Below, piece by piece: positions 1 to 8,800 of a stretch of DNA of 58,116 bases (its first letter is position 1; each line of letters begins with the position of its first letter). Under the pieces are notes generated by a model. It did no database searches. It was not told the DNA's origin and saw only the letters and a list, made by a program, of their open reading frames with translations. Source of the stretch: an uncultured Candidatus Nitrosotenuis sp. (GTDB lineage Archaea; Thermoproteota; Nitrososphaeria; Nitrososphaerales; Nitrosopumilaceae); NCBI GenBank assembly GCA_964470325.1, contig CAYYBJ010000001.1, positions 1-58,116 on the forward strand, written 5' to 3'. The position numbers were made by a program, and so were the translations under genes.

Positions 1-64
1 CCAAAGAAAATGCCGCAGAAAACACGCCTAAAAATACAAAGAAGAGAATTATTCGCTTTTTCAA
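1..64 (-). CDS. 5' end of a membrane protein, truncated by the window edge (resembles thaumarchaeal SpoIIM/DUF95-like proteins)
   Basis: Manual translation from TTG at 64: MKKRIILFFVFLGVFSAAFSL..., basic N-terminus plus hydrophobic helix; divergent from DP1. Confidence 0.5.
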   Translation of the reverse strand, partial: MKKRIILFFVFLGVFSAAFSL

Positions 65-131
65 TTGATCTTCAGTTTTTAGTGGTGAATAAGAGTTTGT
101 TGATCTGAAGCAGAGTTAATTAAAACGTGAT

Positions 132-1571
132 TTGGTGTTATTGATGCTTATGATCAGTGATGTTGGTGCAGCACTAAATTTTGTAATCAATAAGGGCTTT
201 CAAATTCATCCAGACGCCCTAAAAATACTAGAGCAGATTGACGTAAAAGAGCTAGAGAGGATCATAAAGCAAATTGTGAAGGAAAAAGAGCGTCAGCAGC
301 TATACCTAATTTCACAAAAAGACCTAGAATCGTTCCTAGGAATCCAAGAAGATGAAACCATAGAAGATAGGCACGAAATTCTCTATGATCCTACGCCGAA
401 CCTGGCTTCTGCAGAAGGCGTCCAAGGCTTTACGGTTCTGTTTTCAAGCAGATACACCAAGCTAAAAAGAATCATGTCGAATCGACCAGAGGCAAAGATG
501 ATCAAGGCAATCTCTGCAGTGATTTCCACAAAGTCCAAGGACGAGGTTTATGTGTGCGGTTTGGTAACGGACAGGCGAACCGACAGAAATGTCACCAAGA
601 TAACCCTAGATGACCAGACTGGTACAATAGAAACCATAGTAGTCGATGAGGAGCTCCAAAAGGTTGCCTCTGGTTTATTGATGGACCAGTTTGTGATGGA
701 AAAAATTGTCACAAGCAAAAACGGCGGCTTTATTGTCAAGGATATCATTTTGCCTGACATTCCAGACCATGCCGCAAACCGCTCAAAAACAGAGGCCTAT
801 GCAGTATTTGTCTCGGATCTGCACGTTGGCTCTAAATACTTCATGGAAAAGGAATTTTCAGATTTGGTTGCCTGGCTTTCCAGCCCAGATCCAATAGCAA
901 AACGAGTCCGATTCTTTATTTTGGGTGGTGATGTAGTAGATGGAATCGGCATCTATCCAAATCAGGACAAAGAGCTAGTAGCACTAAACACCCAAGACCA
1001 GTTAAAGATGTTATACGATATTTTAGACAAGATACCAAAACACATCAAGGTATTCATTGCGCCTGGCAACCACGACCCAGGAAGAAGGGCGCTCCCTCAA
1101 CCAGCAATTCCTGCCAAGTACAACCCAGATTTGTGGGGCAGAAAGAACTTTTTCATGGTTGGCAATCCAGCCATAATATCACTAAATGGCGTCAAGGTAT
1201 TGATTTTCCACGGCCAGTCAGTGGATGATATAGTCAAAACTACACCTGGACTCAGTTATGACAAGCCAGCCAAGGTTATGCAGTATTTGCTAAAGGCAAG
1301 GCACCTAAGCCCAATTTATGGTGCGCAAACCCCCCTTGCGCCGGAGTTAGAAGATTACATGGTAATTGATGACATACCAGACATTTTCCATGCGGGACAT
1401 GTCCATGTCATTGATCTGGACTTGTACAAAAACATCCTAATTTTGAATTCCGGCGCCTGGCAATCCCAGACTCCCTTCCAATCAGGTGTAGGAATTACGC
1501 CAACTCCAGGAGTTGCAGTTCTAGTTAACTTGAAGACCTTTAAGGTCTACACCAAGGATTTTTCTAAATAA
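132..1571 (+). CDS. polB: DNA polymerase D small subunit DP1 (proofreading exonuclease); true start may be ATG 144 or 150
   Basis: OB fold plus calcineurin-like motifs SDLHVGS, GDVVDG, PGNHD, HGQS, HAGHVH. Confidence 0.95.
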   Translation: MVLLMLMISDVGAALNFVINKGFQIHPDALKILEQIDVKELERIIKQIVKEKERQQLYLISQKDLESFLGIQEDETIEDRHEILYDPTPNLASAEGVQGFTVLFSSRYTKLKRIMSNRPEAKMIKAISAVISTKSKDEVYVCGLVTDRRTDRNVTKITLDDQTGTIETIVVDEELQKVASGLLMDQFVMEKIVTSKNGGFIVKDIILPDIPDHAANRSKTEAYAVFVSDLHVGSKYFMEKEFSDLVAWLSSPDPIAKRVRFFILGGDVVDGIGIYPNQDKELVALNTQDQLKMLYDILDKIPKHIKVFIAPGNHDPGRRALPQPAIPAKYNPDLWGRKNFFMVGNPAIISLNGVKVLIFHGQSVDDIVKTTPGLSYDKPAKVMQYLLKARHLSPIYGAQTPLAPELEDYMVIDDIPDIFHAGHVHVIDLDLYKNILILNSGAWQSQTPFQSGVGITPTPGVAVLVNLKTFKVYTKDFSK

Positions 1572-2769
1572 TATCTTCCAGTGTTGCTTCCGATTTGAAT
1601 GTCTCCTTGACAGTATCAGATGATATAGTTAGTGTGAATTTCTTTGTCCTCCCATGAATTCCTTGGTGGACGATTCTGCCGGAAATAATTCCAGACATTT
1701 CTATTTCAGATAGCATTTGGGTTACTCTTCTCTGGGTTAGCTCTTTTTGGCGAATTGCCTTGCAAAGGGTCTTGTAGGCGGTATAGATTTCACCGGTGGA
1801 CAGGCCAGACGCCTTCATTACGGCTACGATTAGGAGTTTTTCATGTAGTGGGTATGATTGGAGTGCTGTTGTTTCCTTGTCTTCTTCTATTTTGGTTGAG
1901 GCGATTCTGATGTGCTCTTCGGTTACTTTGCTTGCCTGACCACGCTCAGCAATTTCGCCTGCCACACGAAGTAAGTCAATTGCACGCCTGGCATCACCAT
2001 GTTCACGTCCTGCCATTGCAGCACAAAGGTTTAGCGCCGAGTCTTCGACTGCACCTTCCATAAAGGCGTCCTTGATTCTCTCCCTTAGTATTTCTTTTAG
2101 TTGGTCTACAGAGTAGTTGGTAAAGACAATCTCTTCCTCAGATAATGAGCTGATTACACGTGGGTCCAGCCTTTCCTTGAAGGTAAGGTCGTTTGATATG
2201 CCAACTATGGTTAAAGAGCCATTCTTTAGGCGCTCATTTGCCCTGGTTAGTTGGTACATGATGTCTTTACCCGTCTTTGATATTAGGTGGGCAAGATAGT
2301 CGATTTCGTCTATTACAAAGACAATGTTGTATTGGTTTTTGTCTATTGATTTTAGTAGGCGTTTGAAGATCTCCGAAGTCGACAACCCTGTTGGTGGAAT
2401 CTCTTTTTCATCCAAGTCCAGCTGCCTACCTATACTTACAAGCAAACCATAGAGGGTTGTTTCGTCCTTGGCATTAGAATAGATCAGTTTGATTGGGAAT
2501 TTTGATTTCTCTACCCGTTGTTGTATTTTGTTTAGTATTTTCTTAACAACCAAGGTTTTGCCAGTTCCGGGTTTACCATATACAATTAGGTTAGAGGGTC
2601 TAGACTGCTTCAAAATAGGTGATAATGATTGGGTCACTTTTTCGAGCTCCTCATTCCTATGTAGAATTAGCTCTGGTAAGTATGAAAAATGCAAAACCTT
2701 GCGGTTTTTTATTATGGATTTGCCGCTTTCTACTCCATCCAAAAGTCTGTCAACTTGGTCTTCGACCAT
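1564..2769 (-). CDS. cdc6: Orc1/Cdc6 replication initiator
   Basis: Walker A GKPGTGKT, Walker B VIDEID, GDARRAIDLLR sensor, C-terminal wHTH. Confidence 0.97.
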   Translation of the reverse strand: MVEDQVDRLLDGVESGKSIIKNRKVLHFSYLPELILHRNEELEKVTQSLSPILKQSRPSNLIVYGKPGTGKTLVVKKILNKIQQRVEKSKFPIKLIYSNAKDETTLYGLLVSIGRQLDLDEKEIPPTGLSTSEIFKRLLKSIDKNQYNIVFVIDEIDYLAHLISKTGKDIMYQLTRANERLKNGSLTIVGISNDLTFKERLDPRVISSLSEEEIVFTNYSVDQLKEILRERIKDAFMEGAVEDSALNLCAAMAGREHGDARRAIDLLRVAGEIAERGQASKVTEEHIRIASTKIEEDKETTALQSYPLHEKLLIVAVMKASGLSTGEIYTAYKTLCKAIRQKELTQRRVTQMLSEIEMSGIISGRIVHQGIHGRTKKFTLTISSDTVKETFKSEATLEDII

Positions 2770-2983
2770 AACTCCCCCACCTCAATTTCCAGTCCATTAT
2801 ATCTTTGACTAGTTATGAAGTGTTTAGAATGAATATGATAGTTTGAGTTTAGTTTGTAATTAATTATTTTTAATTTGATTTTCATAAAAAAAATTTTGAA
2901 AGAAAAAGAGTGGAAATGATGGTGTGTGGGAAATTCACAAAAAGTTAACATTGTGTTAAGAAAAGACCCAAAAAGGCAATCTT

Positions 2984-3006
2984 GACCCCTTTATTTCCAC
3001 TCCAGG
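2984..3006 (-). repeat. Origin recognition box (ORB) 1
   Basis: Minus strand CCTGGAGTGGAAATAAAGGGGTC matches the archaeal ORB pattern (..CAGTGGAAA..GGGG G-string); identical copy at 3046-3068. Confidence 0.88.
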
Positions 3007-3045
3007 TGTGAAGGTTGCCATTAACAATGTTAACGAGCCAAAATA

Positions 3046-3068
3046 GACCCCTTTATTTCCACTCCAGG
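3046..3068 (-). repeat. Origin recognition box (ORB) 2
   Basis: Perfect 23-bp direct repeat of 2984-3006. Confidence 0.88.
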
Positions 3069-3227
3069 CGTCAAAACTGGGGGTTTGGGAGTATGAAAAA
3101 CTGGTAGGTCTGTTAACGTGTGAATTGGGGCTAGGCATGGGCTACGCAGTCAACGTTAACAACGCTGGGAGTTAACAAAGCTGGCCGGATCCGTTCATTT
3201 GTTAACCAGTTAACACGATCGATCACA

Positions 3228-3614
3228 ATGGCTAAGAAAAGGATACGAATAGACCTCGAAGACTCGGATGGAGCCAAGTACAACTTTAACATCGAGGGCA
3301 ACATAACTAGGGACAAGGTCATCAAGATTTTCGAATTAATGAACCTCATGAATATAGAGGACCAAGATGAGGCACCACAACTGGACTCGGTAGGGGCTAA
3401 AATCTGGCATATTGTGGACAAGTATTTTCCAATGGGTAACTTTACCTCAAACGAAATACTGGAAAAATACGAGGATGAATACAACGAACCAGTCAAATTA
3501 AGCATAATTTCGACCTATTTGGCTAGGTTTAACACCAAAGGCAGAATTAATCGCCTCCGTCAGGGCAAAGCCTGGGTCTACCAAATAGCCAAGATTTCTC
3601 AAAAGACTGACTAG
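3228..3614 (+). CDS. Origin-adjacent protein with a C-terminal winged-helix domain
   Basis: FTSNEILEKYE..VKLSIISTYLARF..GRINRLRQGKAWVY has a wHTH pattern. Confidence 0.8.
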   Translation: MAKKRIRIDLEDSDGAKYNFNIEGNITRDKVIKIFELMNLMNIEDQDEAPQLDSVGAKIWHIVDKYFPMGNFTSNEILEKYEDEYNEPVKLSIISTYLARFNTKGRINRLRQGKAWVYQIAKISQKTD

Positions 3615-3772
3615 GAAATATTTACACGTTTGAGCACAAGTGTATCTCCCTGAAGGCTGACTTTGACATAATCACCCTTTTGAATGCCCAAATACTTGCG
3701 GAATTGTTTAGGTATAGAGATGGTTCCAACAGCCGTGATCTTCACTAGTTCATCGTTTTCTGTAAGCATCAT
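3611..3772 (-). CDS. AbrB/MazE/SpoVT-family DNA-binding protein (53 aa; not in ORF track)
   Basis: Manual translation MMLTENDELVKITAVGTISIPKQFRKYLGIQKGDYVKVSLQGDTLVLKRVNIS; G-x-I-x-IPK..R..LGI..GD signature. Confidence 0.88.
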   Translation of the reverse strand: MMLTENDELVKITAVGTISIPKQFRKYLGIQKGDYVKVSLQGDTLVLKRVNIS

Positions 3773-3937
3773 ATTAGATTAATAAATTAAGATATTTAAA
3801 ACTTCTTGATTTACTAAATTAAGTGATATTTTCTAAGAAAATTAGGCTAAATTAGGTTGAACTAATATAAATCCCACCGTTTGTGTATTTTATTAGGTAA
3901 GACTAATAAAAATATCTAAATGAATTGTTTTGAAAAC

Positions 3938-4516
3938 TTAGGCTGTAATCGGCTGTTCTTGGTTGCTGACCTTGGCTTTTCCCTTTTCTGTGATCTGGTA
4001 TGTGAAGGGCTTTGTCTTGTTGTTTCTTTGGACATAACCCTCTTCGAAAAGCCTCTTCATCAGTCTCGAAGTATGTTCTCGACTCCTTCCTATTGTGATT
4101 TGGATGTCACGTGACGTCATTTCCTTGGTTGTGATTAATCCCAAGACATGTTCTACTATGCCTTCAAAGCCCATATTGGGCATTCTTGGCTTTGAAGCAG
4201 GCTTGCCAGGCTCAATTTTGGGCTCTTCTGGCTCTTTTTGGACTTGGGGTTCTGCCTTTTTCTCTAAAACAGGCTCGGCTTTGGCTAAAACTGGTTCTTC
4301 TGGCAGCTTTTCCTCCAAATCCAGGGCATCCATGCGTATTTTCATGTCTATTAGCTGCCTTTCATAGTACTCTAGGCGTGACAAATAGGCAGGATCCGAT
4401 GTCTTTTGTGCGGTTAATGCCTTGATTTTACCATAAATCATCATGCCAAAGACCCCAACTACGAATGCAACTATCACATATGCAATCACCTGAGGGTCGG
4501 GAATCTCTATTAACAT
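3938..4516 (-). CDS. Membrane-anchored MarR-like winged-helix protein (TM helix, coiled coil, Pro/Glu linker, wHTH)
   Basis: TM VIAYVIVAFVVGVFGMMIY; coiled coil LSRLEYYERQLIDMKIRMDAL; wHTH TSRDIQITIGRSREHTSRLMKRLFEEGYV..YQITEKG; likely ATG 4516. Confidence 0.85.
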   Translation of the reverse strand: MLIEIPDPQVIAYVIVAFVVGVFGMMIYGKIKALTAQKTSDPAYLSRLEYYERQLIDMKIRMDALDLEEKLPEEPVLAKAEPVLEKKAEPQVQKEPEEPKIEPGKPASKPRMPNMGFEGIVEHVLGLITTKEMTSRDIQITIGRSREHTSRLMKRLFEEGYVQRNNKTKPFTYQITEKGKAKVSNQEQPITA

Positions 4517-4642
4517 CACTAAATTGTCAAGATCTATGTGATTTATTGTGATTGGCCAACATAATTTCACACTTTGTATCAACTAGTACATCATGTACAA
4601 TCACAACATTACAGAACAATCAGTAGGTTTTGTTGTGATTCG

Positions 4643-5005
4643 TCACATTCCACATGCCTGACGAACCAATTTATCAATAATATTTGTCACTTGTTCCTCT
4701 CGCTCTGGGAAAACATCACTGTTTTTTATCACAGAAACCTGTTCTGCGAGCCTAGATATCACATCAATGTCATCTGGGAGCAGTATGCCTAGACCTCGAA
4801 GCAGAATTATCGAATAAAATAGACCCATTAGCTTCTCCCTGGATTGGTTCACTTGACGGAAATACGCACCTTTGCTGATGCCAAACTCGAACTCGGAGAG
4901 GTTTTTCCGATTTAAAATAATTTGAATTTGTCTCTCTGTAAACAGTGATTTTTTGATAATTTGCTTGATAATATTGTTAAAATTAGATTCATCAATCTCT
5001 GCCAT
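4643..5005 (-). CDS. Hypothetical HTH-like protein (Tfx/sigma-R4-like)
   Basis: FTERQIQII..GISKGAYFRQVNQSREK resembles a helix-turn-helix. Confidence 0.65.
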   Translation of the reverse strand: MAEIDESNFNNIIKQIIKKSLFTERQIQIILNRKNLSEFEFGISKGAYFRQVNQSREKLMGLFYSIILLRGLGILLPDDIDVISRLAEQVSVIKNSDVFPEREEQVTNIIDKLVRQACGM

Positions 5006-5069
5006 AGCTATACAGATCTGTATACCTCATTTTAATTAAACTTTAAAACAATTGGTTCAAACCAACCTC

Positions 5070-5822
5070 ATGGGTAAAGTAGAGCAATACCTGCAGACCT
5101 CACGCAAGAAAAAGGGTGCATTACTATTCGTACTAATTGATTCCGAAGTATCAAAGATGAAAGAGTCTGCCAATCTAGCAAAGCGGGTAGAAAAAATTGG
5201 CGCTTCTGCCATACTTGTTGGGGGTTCTTCTGCCATAGACCAGTTAGAGATGGCGCAGGTTGTAAAAAATCTCAAAAAATCAATCAAAATTCCAATTATT
5301 CTGTTTCCTGGAAACGTCACCGGCGTGGTTCCGTCAGCTGATGCAATACTATTCAGCTCGCTTATGAACTCGGAAAACCCATACTATATCACCCAGGCTC
5401 AGGCATTGGGTGCTCCAAGTGTACTCAAGTTCGGCCTAGAGCCACTACCAACAGCATATATCATAATAGGTGAAGGCACAACTGCCTGGTTTGTCGGGGC
5501 AGCTAAAGGAATCCCATTTGACAAGCCAAACATTGCAGCTGCCTATTGTTTGGCAGCCCAGTTTTTGGGCATGAGATTTGTGTATTTGGAGGCAGGATCT
5601 GGGGCAAAGGAAAGCGTCCGACCCCAAATGGTGGCAACGGTCCGCAAACTCTTCAAGGGCTTTTTGATAGTGGGAGGCGGCATTCGTGACACCAAAACCG
5701 CAACAGAACTAGTTAAAGCCGGAGCCGACGCCCTAGTCATAGGTACGATGCTGGAAAAGGAAAAGGACAGCCTCAAAAAACTAGCCGAAATAGCAAATAG
5801 TATCAAGAATCTACCCAAATAA
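5070..5822 (+). CDS. Geranylgeranylglyceryl phosphate synthase
   Basis: LID, VGGS, FPG, LEAGSGA, VGGGIR motifs of the GGGPS/PcrB family; likely ATG 5070. Confidence 0.93.
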   Translation: MGKVEQYLQTSRKKKGALLFVLIDSEVSKMKESANLAKRVEKIGASAILVGGSSAIDQLEMAQVVKNLKKSIKIPIILFPGNVTGVVPSADAILFSSLMNSENPYYITQAQALGAPSVLKFGLEPLPTAYIIIGEGTTAWFVGAAKGIPFDKPNIAAAYCLAAQFLGMRFVYLEAGSGAKESVRPQMVATVRKLFKGFLIVGGGIRDTKTATELVKAGADALVIGTMLEKEKDSLKKLAEIANSIKNLPK

Positions 5823-5823
5823 C

Positions 5824-8800
5824 ATGTCAGAGAATGCAGCGATCTCCCGAATAGAGGGAATCCCAATGCCAAAAAACTATCTGAATTATTATTCACAAAT
5901 ATCAGAGCAAGTCTATCAAATATTCGAAAAAGCTGCCGAGGCAAAATCTACTCTGGTTGACTCGTCTGGTATAGTAGAACCAAAAATAGCGTTTGATCTG
6001 GCAGACCGGGTTGCCAAAATGCACGACATTGACATTGCCGAACCACTACGAGAACTGCTAAAAACCAGGGGAAAGGAGCTTGCGGCACTGGAACTATCCA
6101 AAAGCATTGCACTGGGGCAATATCTCCCTGAAGACACCACCTTAGAGCAAAGGCTCGATAATGCCGTGCGTGTAGGCTTGGCTATAGTGACTGAAGGCGT
6201 CACAATTGCTCCTTTACAGGGAATTTCCAGCGTTACGATTAAGAAAAACAGGGATGGAACGGACTATCTTTCAGTATCAATTGCGGGTCCAATGCGTTCT
6301 GCGGGAGGAACGGAATCTGCCGTTACTATGCTCATTGCGGATCATGTCAGACAAACAGTGGGCTTGGCAAAATATCAGGCAAACTCGTTTGATGATGAGA
6401 CAGGCAGGTTTGTCGAAGAATTGCGGGTCTATGAGAGGGATGTTGGTAGCTTTCAGTACCACGTCCAGGATCAGGATATAATCAAAGTAATTGCAAACCT
6501 TCCGGTGGAGCTGGACGGCGTAGACACTGATCCGAATGAGGTGGTAAACCACAAAAACATGGTAAGAATCAAGACTGACCGGGTTCGTGGGGGTGCCTTA
6601 CGTGTACTAAATGATGGATTGATTGGCAGGGCAAAAAAACTACTAAAACGAATCGAACTCTACAAACTAGACGGCTGGGACTGGCTGGGCGAGATCAAGG
6701 GAGCAGTCCAAAAGGGAGAGGAAGGCGACTCTGCAGCAAAACGCCTCAAAGAGGTAATTGCCGGAAGGTCTGTACTATCAATGCCAAACAAGATTGGCGG
6801 ATTTCGATTAAGGTATGGTAGGGCTTGCAACACTGGCTTTGCATCCGTTGGAATTCATCCTATAGTGGCTGAAATTCTAAACCATACTATCGCAGTTGGG
6901 ACCCAGATAAAGCTGGATGTTCCAGGCAAAGGCGCAACGGTTGCGTTTGTGGATTCTATTGACACGCCAATTGTTAGGCTCAAAAATGGCAACGTAGTCA
7001 AGATCCAAAATGTAGAGCAAGGAATTCGAATCAAGGATGACATTGCGAGAATTTTGTACTTGGGCGACATTTTGATCTCATTTGGGGATTTTTTGGAAAA
7101 CAATGCTCAGCTGATCCCGTCTGGATATGTGGAAGAGTTCTGGCTGGAAGAGCTTGCGCAAAAGATCCGGCAATACGAGGCAAAGACTGAGCTTGCGGAA
7201 TTTTTGGTAAAAACCCCGACACTAGAGGAAGCACTGGAAATATCTCTGAATTTTCAGATTCCACTACACCCAAAATACCTCTTTTATTGGGAGCAGATCT
7301 CGCCTGCAGAACTAGAGGTATTGCTCAAGCCTGCCAAAATTGAAGATGAGACAATACTATACCCAATGTCCACAAAGGCAATACTAGAGAAAATCGGAGT
7401 TCCGCACGAGCTGCGAGAAGATTCTGTAGTACTTCGCCAAATGGAGGCAGATGTATTCTATCAGATGTTGTTCTCAAATCCTATTCAAATTGACCACACC
7501 GATTCTGTTCCGCAAATTCTGACCAAGGCAACTGGAATTAGGATTAGGCCCAAATTTTCTGCATCTATTGGTGTCAGAATAGGCAGGCCTGAAAAGGCAG
7601 CAGCCCGACTAATGAAGCCGCCAGTACATACCTTGTTTCCAATTGGGGATAAGGGCGGAAGCACAAGGGACTTGCTCAAGGCAAGCAATGGTTCTGAATT
7701 TTATTGCAACATTTACAATCGAATCTGCAAGAACTGTAACATTCCATCAGTCAGCATAAACTGCCCTAGGTGCACAAATAGAACCGTAATAGAGCATACA
7801 TGTCCGCTCTGCCGCTCTATTCTAGATTCTACATTTTGCCAAAAATGCAAGAAAAAGGTACCGACTCATTCTTTCAAACCATTCCCACTAAAGGAAAGAA
7901 TCGTTGCGGCACAGGAAAAAATCGGCGTTCGGGTACAAGAGCCATTCAAGGGTGTAATGGAGCTCATAAACCAGGACAGAATTGCAGAACCGCTAGAAAA
8001 GGGACTGATTAGGCAAAGCCTTGATCTTACTGTATTCAAGGACGGTACAGTGCGATTTGATGCCACAAACTCACCTCTGACTCACTTCAAGCCGGCATGG
8101 ATTGGTACATCCATTGCCAAGCTAAATGAGCTGGGCTATGACACCGACATTGACGGCAGACCTCTGACTGACCCTGACCAAATAATAGAGATCAAGATGC
8201 AGGACGTCATTATACCGCACGAGAGCGGAAAATACCTAGTCCAGACCTGCAAGTATATCGATACGGAACTTGCAAAATTCTACGGCAAGTCATCTTTCTA
8301 TAATGTAAAAAACACGGACGAGTTGATCGGGCATTTGGTGATTGGCCTAGCACCGCACACCTCAGTTGGAATTGTTGGCAGAATCATCGGCTATACGGAA
8401 ACACATGTCTGCTTTGGCACGCCAAACTGGCACTCGGCAAAAAGGCGTGATGCGGACGGCGATGCCGATTCTATCATGCTACTCATGGATGCACTATTGA
8501 ATTTCTCTAGGCAATTTCTTTCTGATAAAATCGGTGGATTGATGGATGCGCCACTTTTGGTCCAGCCTGTTGTGTTGCCACACGAGTCTCAGCCGCAGGC
8601 GCACAACTTTGAGGTGACAAAAAAACTACCACTAGAGTTTTTCGAGGACACCATATCTACCAAAAAGGCATCCGAGGTCAAAAGCGTAGAAATCATCAAA
8701 TCAAGATTAGAAACGGAAAGGCAGTTCTATGATTATCACTTTACCCATACCACATCAACTCTTACCACATCACGATCCCGTAGTGCATATTCTACTCTGG

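Larger units (their letters stand above)
2772..3068. other. Replication origin oriC (ORB boxes plus AT-rich DNA unwinding element, about 2820-2900)
   Basis: Intergenic region upstream of cdc6 with ORB-like boxes at 2772-2797, 2908-2924, 2984-3006 and 3046-3068 and a very AT-rich stretch. Confidence 0.88.
2944..3214. repeat. Array of seven GTTAAC palindromes between oriC and the wHTH gene
   Basis: GTTAAC at 2944, 3029, 3112, 3155, 3171, 3201, 3209. Confidence 0.8.

Noticed and set aside
2984-3068. 23-bp direct repeats with a 39-bp spacer resembling a minimal CRISPR
   Set aside because: Only two copies, they match the ORB pattern, lie upstream of cdc6, and no cas genes are present
3228-3772. 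Toxin-antitoxin pair
   Set aside because: The AbrB-like gene is convergent with a wHTH gene; no PIN, MazF or RelE toxin is adjacent
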